Shown piece by piece: positions 56,303-64,000 of a stretch of DNA of 64,000 bases; positions within the stretch are counted from its first letter, which is position 1; the number at the start of each line of letters is the position of its first letter. A model generated the notes under the pieces. That model worked only from the letters and a program-made list of their open reading frames with translations, made no database searches and was not told the DNA's origin. Origin of the DNA: Candidatus Hadarchaeum sp. (GTDB taxonomy: Archaea; Hadarchaeota; Hadarchaeia; Hadarchaeales; Hadarchaeaceae); contig NZ_JBMFOX010000003.1 of the NCBI RefSeq assembly GCF_049969415.1, positions 8,960 through 72,959 of the forward strand, given 5' to 3'. The position numbers and the translations under genes are program-made.

Positions 56303-56968
56303 TCAGATGACGACCAGATACCAGCAAAGCGCTGCGGCGATTAGGGGCACGGTTAGGTTGTCTAGGCCCCGGGGCGTTATCATTTCGATGACGGTGGCGA
56401 CGAAGCAGATTAGGACTAGGACAGTAGCCAACCGCAGGGTTATCGGCAGGGAATAAAAGACGGCGTTGACCAGCAGCATGGGCAGAGTCACGGAGAACAT
56501 GGCCAGTGACCCCTCAAGGCTCTTTTTGTCGCGGAGAATCTGAAAGGCGTGTCTGCCGAAACGGACGCCGAAAATTGAGGCAAAACCGTCACCGTAGGAC
56601 ATCGCCAGTATGCCCACGCCGACCACCCAGAGATGTTCGAAGAACAGGTAGGCGAGCACCGTCCAGGAGATGGCGTAGTAGACCAGCCCCAAGCCGTGGC
56701 CCGCCTTGGAGACTAGGCTTTTGCTTTTGATGGGTGAGCGCGGGCTGATGAGAAAAGTGAGCACGATGAAGGGGGCGGCGGCGCCGAAGACCATCGCTTC
56801 TCGGGTCTGAAAGATGGGCAGGATGAAGACGATGTTGCCGACCATGATGTGAAGAATCTTTCGGCTCACTGACGGATACCGGGCCAGAATCTTTTCCGTG
56901 AGGAAGATTAGAAAGCCGACGTAGCCGTAGACAAATAAAATCCCCACAATATCGCTGCTTACCATCAT
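56303..56968 (-). CDS. SEC59/DGK1/VTE5 family CTP-dependent lipid kinase
   Basis: SRKILHI, YGDGFA...G..FG, KKSLEGS, GLDNL.VP. Confidence 0.9.
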   Translation of the reverse strand: MMVSSDIVGILFVYGYVGFLIFLTEKILARYPSVSRKILHIMVGNIVFILPIFQTREAMVFGAAAPFIVLTFLISPRSPIKSKSLVSKAGHGLGLVYYAISWTVLAYLFFEHLWVVGVGILAMSYGDGFASIFGVRFGRHAFQILRDKKSLEGSLAMFSVTLPMLLVNAVFYSLPITLRLATVLVLICFVATVIEMITPRGLDNLTVPLIAAALCWYLVVI

Positions 56969-56969
56969 T

Positions 56970-57836
56970 TCACCCCAAGGGAAAGGCACCGATTAAGAAG
57001 GCGAGGAGCCCTAGGGCTGTCGAGATTAGCGTCAGCTTGCGGTATCTTGCCAGCGGTGGATTTTCCCTGAGAGCAATGTCCGCCGCCGTAATTAAAAAGA
57101 GGGCGTCGGCTAGGCAGACAAGGAAGAGGTAGGCAAAGTTGCCGTAGTATGGTGTAGCTTCCAGTAGGGCGAAGGGAATGAAGCTCAGCAGGGCCGCGAT
57201 GAGGTAAAATAGTGCTGCCACTCGGCGGGCGTTTCTCTCGCCGATGTGGAGGGGTAGAGATTGGACCCCCTGCGATCGATCTCCGTCAATGTCCATGATG
57301 TCTTTCATAATTTCCCGTCCTTCCCCAGAGAGAAAGGCGATAAGAGCCAAAACCAATACTGTAGATGGTATTTCCGGTGAGACGACCGCGGCGCCGAAAA
57401 TAAAAGGGACCGCCATAATGTAAGCTATGTATAAATTGCCGATGACCTTCGCCTTTTTCAGCCGCAGATCATATAGAATGGCGAACGCTCCGGTAACGGC
57501 GGCGATGATAAAGCACTGAAGGTTGACTAGAAAGGAAAATAAAATACCTAAGGGGAAGAGCAGGTAAAAGGCGGCAAGGGCTGTCCGCGGGTCCAAATCC
57601 CCACGCACCAGAGGTCGATCCATCCTCCGGTTCCTTCGGTCAATTTCCAAGTCAAGGTAGTCGTTGAGCGCGAAGGTGCTGGCCTCAAGCAGCAGGGCGG
57701 TTAGGAAAGAAAAGATTAACTTGGCTGGGTCGGGAAAAGTACCGCTGTTGGCGATCAGGGCACCGATGAGAACTGCCACGAATAGCATCACACCGTGGTC
57801 GAGCCTCATCAGGTCATAGAGGGCCTTGGCTTTCAT
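56970..57836 (-). CDS. UbiA family prenyltransferase (DGGGP synthase-like)
   Basis: NDYLD.EID..N...RPL..G, REI.KDI.D..GD. Confidence 0.88.
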   Translation of the reverse strand: MKAKALYDLMRLDHGVMLFVAVLIGALIANSGTFPDPAKLIFSFLTALLLEASTFALNDYLDLEIDRRNRRMDRPLVRGDLDPRTALAAFYLLFPLGILFSFLVNLQCFIIAAVTGAFAILYDLRLKKAKVIGNLYIAYIMAVPFIFGAAVVSPEIPSTVLVLALIAFLSGEGREIMKDIMDIDGDRSQGVQSLPLHIGERNARRVAALFYLIAALLSFIPFALLEATPYYGNFAYLFLVCLADALFLITAADIALRENPPLARYRKLTLISTALGLLAFLIGAFPLG

Positions 57837-57933
57837 TAGAATAAGTATCATAAATTAAGGGTAAATATTTTTGTGAATCCGATTTCGCGACAGGAATTTA
57901 AGCAATGTCCGCCAAGTGTGCAGAGGTGGAAGC

Positions 57934-58947
57934 TTGCCCTGTATGATAATCGCCGGTGGGCAGTGGGGTGATGAGGGTAAGGGTAAGATCGTGGCCTACC
58001 TTGCGCTTGCGGACAAGCCCAGAATCATCGCCCGAGCCGGAGTTGGTCCTAACGCCGGGCACACGGTTAATTATCAAGGCAGGACATTCGGGTTGAGACA
58101 GATTCCATCAGGCTTTGTCTACGAAGGCGCCCGGCTGCTGATCGGTCCCGGGGTGCTGGTCAATCCAGAGGTGGTCCTGAAGGAGCTGGAGCTGACCGGG
58201 ACGGCAGGGAGATTTGGAGTTGACCGGAAGTGCACGGTCATTGAGTCCTCCCACATCGAACAGGACCGGAAGTCAGAACATCTGCAGGGGAAGATAGGCA
58301 CCACGGGAACGGGTTGTGGTCCCGCTAACGTGGCCCGCGTGAGCCGCGTCGCCAAGCTCGCCGAGGAGGTACCAGAACTTAGGCCCTTTCTCGCCGACGT
58401 TCCGTTGGAATTGAATGAGGCAATAGATCGCGGCGAACTCGTCTTTGTCGAGGGATCCCAAGGCTTTGGGTTGTCCCTGATCCACGGCACCTACCCCTAC
58501 GTCACCAGCAAGGACACCTCGGCCGCGACCCTTGCCGCCGATGTCGGCGTTGGACCCACCAAGGTGGATGAGGTTATGCTGGTTTTCAAGGCTTACACCA
58601 GCCGGGTCGGCCTTGGACCATTTCCCACTGAAATTTCACCGGATAAGGCCGAGGAGTTGGGAATAGTCGAGTTTGGAACGGTCACAGGGAGGCGTCGGAG
58701 GATTGGGCTGTTTGACTTCGACCTCGCCAAGCGCGCCGTCATGATAAACGGAGCCACCCAGCTGACAGTAACCAATATCGACCGGATGTTCAAGGGAGCG
58801 GCCAAGGTGCGAAGGTGGAACGATCTGCCTCAGGAGGCTCAAGATTACGTTAGCAAAATTGAAGCGGAGCTCGGAGTGCCCGTGACCCTCATCTCGACGG
58901 GGAGCGAAGTTGAGGACGTCATCGACCTGCGTTCGGAAAAGCTCTGA
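57934..58947 (+). CDS. purA: adenylosuccinate synthetase
   Basis: [39 protein letters not shown]. Confidence 0.97.
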   Translation: MPCMIIAGGQWGDEGKGKIVAYLALADKPRIIARAGVGPNAGHTVNYQGRTFGLRQIPSGFVYEGARLLIGPGVLVNPEVVLKELELTGTAGRFGVDRKCTVIESSHIEQDRKSEHLQGKIGTTGTGCGPANVARVSRVAKLAEEVPELRPFLADVPLELNEAIDRGELVFVEGSQGFGLSLIHGTYPYVTSKDTSAATLAADVGVGPTKVDEVMLVFKAYTSRVGLGPFPTEISPDKAEELGIVEFGTVTGRRRRIGLFDFDLAKRAVMINGATQLTVTNIDRMFKGAAKVRRWNDLPQEAQDYVSKIEAELGVPVTLISTGSEVEDVIDLRSEKL

Positions 58948-58956
58948 GGCGGTAAT

Positions 58957-59508
58957 TTGAGGCGCTTGGTCATCGCGGTCAGCGGGACTCCGGGGACGGG
59001 AAAGTCGACCTTCTCCAGAATTCTGGCCGAGAGGCTCCGGGCGAGGCTACTGAGGCTTAATGATCTTATCGAAGAGCACAAGATTTATTCCCTCGACCCC
59101 GACGGCACCAAGTCGGTAGACATTCCTAGGCTGCGCCGGTGCTTTGTCAAGAAGCTTCGAGAGCTGCAAGGGATGGTGGTGGTGGAAGGACTGTTGGCAC
59201 ACCTGCTCCCAAAAAAAGTCGTTGACCACGTTGTCGTGTTGAGGACTCGCCCCAAGGTGCTGGAGCTCAGGTTGCGAGAGAGGAAATATCCGGAGAAGAA
59301 GATTAAAGAAAACGTGGATGCCGAGGCCTTAGACATAATTCTCTGGGAAGCGGTGGAGTCGCACGGCATTGATAAAGTGCACGAGATAGACACCACGGAT
59401 CTCACCCCTGAGGAGGCCGTGGAGCACTTTCAGCGGGTTCTGGAGGGAAAGGCCGTGGCGAGGCCGGGTAAAATTGATTGGCTCGAGGAGCATTTTAAGG
59501 TGACTTAA
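58957..59508 (+). CDS. AK6/Fap7 family adenylate kinase
   Basis: SGTPGTGKST, VVLR..P..L..RL..R.Y...KI.EN..AE. Confidence 0.9.
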   Translation: MRRLVIAVSGTPGTGKSTFSRILAERLRARLLRLNDLIEEHKIYSLDPDGTKSVDIPRLRRCFVKKLRELQGMVVVEGLLAHLLPKKVVDHVVVLRTRPKVLELRLRERKYPEKKIKENVDAEALDIILWEAVESHGIDKVHEIDTTDLTPEEAVEHFQRVLEGKAVARPGKIDWLEEHFKVT

Positions 59509-59551
59509 ATTATATATACAGATTTTTGATAGTTAATTGATAAGGGATAAC

Positions 59552-60412
59552 ATGAGCGGGTTAACGAGGACTGCGCTGCTGATGGGACTGCTCACCACGA
59601 TGTTGCTGCTTGTCGGCGTCGCGGCGAGCTACTTGACCGGCATCCCGATGGCCCAGACCTTAGGCTTCTTCGTCGTGCTTTCGATTATCATGAACCTCTC
59701 GATGTACTGGTATGCCGACAGGTGGGTGCTCAGCATTTACCGGGCCAAGCTGGTCGGCGAGGCCGAGCAACCGGAACTGCATGCCATGGTCGAGCGTTTG
59801 GCTGCCAACGCCGGCCTGCCCAAACCGAAAGTGGCCATTGTTCCGGTTGATGTTCCTAACGCCTTTGCCACCGGAAGATCGCCCTCCCATGCGGTCGTTG
59901 CCGTTACCCGGGGAGCCCTGAACCTCTTGAACGATGACGAGCTGGAGGGAGTTTTGGGGCATGAGCTGTCCCACATCAAGAACCACGACATGCTGGTGAA
60001 CACGATGGCCGCGATAATCGGGGCAGTGATAACCTACGTCACCTACTTCACGATGTTCAGCGGCCGGAGGGACCGGGATAGTGGGGGCGGGCTGTTGGCC
60101 TTGTTGTTGCTCTTGATTGTGCCTTTTGCCGCCACGTTGGTCAGGCTGTCCATCTCAAGGGGACGCGAATATGCGGCGGACGAGGATGGAGCCAAGATTT
60201 CCCGAAAGCCGCTCTCTCTGGCAAATGCGCTGAGGAAGCTGGAAACAGCGGCTAAAAACAGCCCGCTCAGGCAGGGTAATCCTTCAACGGCGCACCTCTT
60301 CATCGTCAACCCGTTCCGGGGGACCGGCATTGCGAACCTCTTCTCGACGCATCCTCCGACCCAAGAAAGGATAGCCAGACTGGAGAGAATCGCCGAAACA
60401 ATGCGAACTTAA
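59552..60412 (+). CDS. htpX: zinc metalloprotease HtpX
   Basis: PNAFATGR, HELSH, SR.REY.AD, FSTHP. Confidence 0.95.
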   Translation: MSGLTRTALLMGLLTTMLLLVGVAASYLTGIPMAQTLGFFVVLSIIMNLSMYWYADRWVLSIYRAKLVGEAEQPELHAMVERLAANAGLPKPKVAIVPVDVPNAFATGRSPSHAVVAVTRGALNLLNDDELEGVLGHELSHIKNHDMLVNTMAAIIGAVITYVTYFTMFSGRRDRDSGGGLLALLLLLIVPFAATLVRLSISRGREYAADEDGAKISRKPLSLANALRKLETAAKNSPLRQGNPSTAHLFIVNPFRGTGIANLFSTHPPTQERIARLERIAETMRT

Positions 60413-60582
60413 AAGCCGAGAAAACCAGCGCCAGCGATATGAAGCAGAATGACAAAAATTATTACCGCCGCAGTGAAGATCAACACACTTTTTGGTGAGA
60501 TCTTTACTCCGCTGCCCTCTTCCTGAAAATACCTTATCAGTCCGGCTCCCGTCGGCGGCATTCTTTCTTCGTCCCGCGGCAT
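60409..60582 (-). CDS. secG: preprotein translocase subunit Sec61beta
   Basis: Not in ORF track; MPRDEERMPPTGAGLIRYFQEEG..VKISPKSV followed by one TM helix. Confidence 0.93.
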   Translation of the reverse strand: MPRDEERMPPTGAGLIRYFQEEGSGVKISPKSVLIFTAAVIIFVILLHIAGAGFLGF

Positions 60583-60740
60583 ATCAAACCCGTTTTCTTA
60601 TCTCGGTTATATCCTCTTAAATCCTTTTTGAGGGCGGGGGATGTTTGATTAAATTTGTGACATTCAGCTTGGGCAACCTAACCCGGCCAGATGAAAAAAG
60701 GTTTGGGGCGTAAAAATTCCACAGCAATTTAGCCAAAGGA

Positions 60741-61256
60741 TTAATCCTGAGGAATGAATTGTTTTTGGGCCTCAATGATTTCGGCGCTGTCTTTGGCCGT
60801 ATTATAAGCCTCCAGTGGGTCTCGATTTAGTTCTAGAAAGACAGGCCCCCATTTGAATTGCGCGAGGATTTCTTGAGCCCTCTCCTTCTCACCTAGGATG
60901 AAGAGGGCGGCGGATAGAGCTTCGGCAGTACTGAGGATAGTTGGTTTCCCATAGTGGGTGGGATTGGCCGCGATAAGGTAGGGAAGACTTCTTGACCGGA
61001 ACCAATTTTTAACCTTCGTGATCTGATTGATTTTTTTCCAGGAGCAGTCAAAGGCGATTAACCCATACCTTCCTGCCGCCTCGGCGTCTTCTTTTGAGAG
61101 GGCTTTTTCGGCGAGGGGGTTTAGCAGCACCCCGCCCCGGGGCAGATCCTCAAACCCAAAAACAATTTCGACTTTGCCCGACCTGCCCAAGCGGAGCGCC
61201 GTGCACCTTTTCGGGTCGCATTCCCGGGCATGGTATACAACAATCCTCATGGACAT
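60741..61256 (-). CDS. tsr3: rRNA aminocarboxypropyltransferase Tsr3 (DUF367)
   Basis: CDPKRCT, DCSW, R.LP.L.AANP..YG.P..LS.AEA, FKWG..FL.LN. Confidence 0.95.
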   Translation of the reverse strand: MSMRIVVYHARECDPKRCTALRLGRSGKVEIVFGFEDLPRGGVLLNPLAEKALSKEDAEAAGRYGLIAFDCSWKKINQITKVKNWFRSRSLPYLIAANPTHYGKPTILSTAEALSAALFILGEKERAQEILAQFKWGPVFLELNRDPLEAYNTAKDSAEIIEAQKQFIPQD

Positions 61257-61329
61257 CAGCGATGATAACAGGTATCACTATTTAGTTTTTTAAACGTTTA
61301 AGCCGAGGTTTCATGGTTGCCGGTGAGTC

Positions 61330-62391
61330 ATGATGAACTCTTACGAAGTGGTGATGAAAATTCTGCAGGGAAAAAAGGAAGTCGATAGAATCCCCTGCGT
61401 CAATTTTTCTAGCGTTGCCACCATCGATTTCATGAGGGCAACCGATTCCCTCTGGCCCGCCGCTCACAGGGATCCGGTAAAAATGGCCAAGCTCTCCTCG
61501 GCCGCCCACAGGCTTTGCGGATTGGACAACGTCACCGTTCCTTTTTCCACCGTTGTCGAGGCAGAGGTCCTGGGCGCCGTGATCAACTATCATGAGGATG
61601 AGATCAGTTGGCCCTCGATAAGGGAATTTCTCGTGAAGGAACCTTCGGACCTCCGATTTCCCGAGGATGTGGCTAAGGCGGGGACGATACCGGTGATAAC
61701 CGAGGCGATCAAAATGCTCAAAGCCGATTTCGGCGGTAAAGTTCCGGTAAACGCCTATCTGGTGCCGCCCTTTACCAGCCTGAGCAGTTACCTAGTCGAC
61801 ACCATCTCCTTTTTAAAGTGCTTGATTAAGGAGCCGGGAAAAATCCACAGCCTTTGTAACGCCGTTTTAGACGTCTACATCGAGATCGCAGAGCTTTATC
61901 AGGAGGCCGGGGCTGACCTGATCACCCTTCACGAGATGGGGGCCTCCAACGACAACATCTCTCCCGACCATTTTGATGAGTTCGTCAAGCCCTATCTGAA
62001 AAAAATTATCGGCCGGCTGCGGGTCCCTACAGTTCTGAACATCTGTGGCTCGGCGTTGAGAATTGCGGATAAAATGGTGCAGTGCGGCGCCAGCGCCATC
62101 GCGGTGGACGAACGAACCCCGATCGCCGAGGCCAGAAAAGCGGTTGAGCGGGTCAGAGCCGGTTTTCCCATCATTGGCAATATACCCGCCTATTGGGTAG
62201 TCCACTTGGGACCGGTGGAAAAGATAAGGGCGGCAGTTAAGCGGGTCATCGATGAAGGCGTTGACATGGTGTCCCCGGGATGTGATTTCTGGCTGGAAAC
62301 ACCCACCGAGCACATCAGCGCCTTGGTCGAGGCAACCAAGGAATTTGGATGTCCACCACCTTGGCTGGGTAAAAAAATATCGAAGTCATAA
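61330..62391 (+). CDS. MtaA/CmuA family methylcobamide methyltransferase (URO-D fold)
   Basis: WP.AH.DP.KMA.L, VPF...VEAE.LG, L(N)ICG, GN, SPGC. Confidence 0.8.
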   Translation: MMNSYEVVMKILQGKKEVDRIPCVNFSSVATIDFMRATDSLWPAAHRDPVKMAKLSSAAHRLCGLDNVTVPFSTVVEAEVLGAVINYHEDEISWPSIREFLVKEPSDLRFPEDVAKAGTIPVITEAIKMLKADFGGKVPVNAYLVPPFTSLSSYLVDTISFLKCLIKEPGKIHSLCNAVLDVYIEIAELYQEAGADLITLHEMGASNDNISPDHFDEFVKPYLKKIIGRLRVPTVLNICGSALRIADKMVQCGASAIAVDERTPIAEARKAVERVRAGFPIIGNIPAYWVVHLGPVEKIRAAVKRVIDEGVDMVSPGCDFWLETPTEHISALVEATKEFGCPPPWLGKKISKS

Positions 62392-62427
62392 TGATAAGAG
62401 GAGCGCCGATAAAGTCGCTGGTGGGGG

Positions 62428-63576
62428 GTGGTTAGATTGCCACGGGAAATATTGTCCAATGCCGTGATTCTGGAAGGCGAAGATCTCGAAATAACGCGGG
62501 GCTACTTGGTGATTGAGGACGGAGTAATTAGGGAGATTTCCGAGGGCTCCCCGCAGAAACGGGCGGTGAATTTAAACGGCGGCTTCATCATGCCGCCATT
62601 CATCAATGCCCACACGCATGTGGTGGACGCGGTCGCCAAGGAACTCTACCTCGGCAAAAGTCAGCCCCAGGTGGTGGGGCCGCGAGGGGCGAAGTTCCGG
62701 GCCCTAGAGAACAGTCCGCTGGATCGGATGACGCAGGCCACCCGGGTCACGCTTCAGGACATGTTGGCCACGGGGACCCTTGCCCACTGTGATTTCCGGG
62801 AAGGAGGGGTTCAAGGTGTGAACTTTCTTAGAGAAATCACGCGACCACCGCTGATTTCGATCATTTTGGGACGGTTCTTAAAAGTTGAGGAGATGCCAGA
62901 GTTGCTGTCGATATCCGATGGCTTGGGAATCCCTAGCCTTGATGCATTTCCCAAAAATGTCTTGGAGGAGGCCTCCGCGGCCGCGCATAAAAGGGGCAAG
63001 TTTTTCTCAGCCCATGTGGCCGAGAATGTCAGGGAGATGCGGGCCTTCAGAAAAAAGCATCACCGGAGTGAGGCGGAACAGGCAATCAAGCTCAAGTGTT
63101 CCTTCGTCGTTCATGCCACCCACTGCAGCAGAGCAGAGCTTTTGGATTTAAAGGCGAACAACATCCCGGTGGTTCTGTGCCCCCGAGCCAACAGCTTGCT
63201 CGGGGTCGGGGTGCCGCCAATTGACCTCGTTTTGGAGACGGGCCTCGAGTTCTTTTTCGGCACCGACAACGCCATGGTATGTCAGCCGGACATGTTCGAT
63301 GAGATTTCCTTCGCTTGGAGGTGCCTTCGCCGCAACGATGATGCTGCCGGATCCGATGAAGCCAAGACGCTGCTTGCCGCGGCCACGGTGAGACCCCTCA
63401 GTCTCTTCAAAATGCCTTGGGGCCCCGTGGCGGAGGGAGAGAAAGCCACCTTTTTAGTTTTGGCCAAGAAGAGCAACCTTCTGTGCCTCAGTGACGTTTA
63501 CGCCGGATTGGTCAACCGGGCCCGCGCCGATAACTTAAGGGCCATTTATTTTAACGGCAAAATAATTATAAGCTGA
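62428..63576 (+). CDS. metal-dependent amidohydrolase (deaminase-like)
   Basis: PPFINAHTH, DFREGG, HVAE, VH.TH, CPRAN, GTDN. Confidence 0.88.
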   Translation: MVRLPREILSNAVILEGEDLEITRGYLVIEDGVIREISEGSPQKRAVNLNGGFIMPPFINAHTHVVDAVAKELYLGKSQPQVVGPRGAKFRALENSPLDRMTQATRVTLQDMLATGTLAHCDFREGGVQGVNFLREITRPPLISIILGRFLKVEEMPELLSISDGLGIPSLDAFPKNVLEEASAAAHKRGKFFSAHVAENVREMRAFRKKHHRSEAEQAIKLKCSFVVHATHCSRAELLDLKANNIPVVLCPRANSLLGVGVPPIDLVLETGLEFFFGTDNAMVCQPDMFDEISFAWRCLRRNDDAAGSDEAKTLLAAATVRPLSLFKMPWGPVAEGEKATFLVLAKKSNLLCLSDVYAGLVNRARADNLRAIYFNGKIIIS

Positions 63577-63635
63577 TAAGCCTAAACAAATTCGATAAGA
63601 CGCCAGTGAATGATGTTGAATCTGGAAGCGAGATC

Positions 63636-64000
63636 ATGAAGGTAAAGGATGTAATGACCAAAGAGGTCAAGTGGGTAGAAGTTCCCGGGTCGCGCTCGGA
63701 TGCCTTGGAGTTGCTCCGTAAGCTTGGCGTTAGCGCCATCCCAGCGGTCAAGCGCGGAACCGAAGAGCTGGTCGGAATGGTCACGCTGCGCAAGCTCTTT
63801 GAGCATCCGGACGAGGACCAGCTGGCGATGCTGGTCGATCGAGATGTGCCCACAGTTACTCCTGAGGAAAATCTGGAGGAGGCCGCCGCGAAGTTCTTGA
63901 AATCCGGAGTTAGGCGAATGCCTGTTTTGAAAGACGGAAAAATTGTCGGTGTCATCACCGTCAGGGACATCGTCTACCGCGCGATAGCCGAGAGTAACAT
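63636..64000 (+). CDS. CBS-domain protein, 3'-partial
   Basis: MKVKDVMT, VSAIPAVK...LVG, V.RMPV...GK.VGVITVRDI; open to the window end. Confidence 0.88.
   Translation, partial: MKVKDVMTKEVKWVEVPGSRSDALELLRKLGVSAIPAVKRGTEELVGMVTLRKLFEHPDEDQLAMLVDRDVPTVTPEENLEEAAAKFLKSGVRRMPVLKDGKIVGVITVRDIVYRAIAESN

Overview
Archaeal chromosomal window (archaeal histone, exosome/proteasome superoperon, GatDE, SepRS, Taw1, archaeal riboflavin genes). It is mostly GC-rich housekeeping DNA, and the lineage cannot be fixed from sequence alone; it looks like a deep-branching euryarchaeote such as a Hadesarchaea-like organism (inference). The most striking non-coding signal is a set of heavily interrupted tRNA genes, reconstructed by hand from bulge-helix-bulge (BHB) motifs: tRNA-Phe(GAA) with four introns and 6-8 nt micro-exons (47430-47599, -), two tRNA-Gln genes with three introns each, tRNA-Lys(CTT) with two, and an intron-less tRNA-His. 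Other items worth following up: (1) a single-repeat 'half-TBP' protein directly downstream of a histone gene; (2) a wHTH-fused LigD-type primase-polymerase with a small Zn-finger partner, divergent from endonuclease V; (3) an orphan cas6 followed by intact and decayed MNT-HEPN modules and a 29-bp repeat / 36-bp insert / 29-bp repeat footprint; (4) an AT-richer pyrimidine-reduction cassette (preA without preT) with a truncation junction; (5) an in-frame amber codon in a 7TM-DUF835 gene; (6) apparent CTG/ATA start codons; (7) a Lys-rich micro-ORF plus terminator upstream of a homocitrate/Re-citrate synthase. All product calls come from motif recognition by eye; no searches were run.
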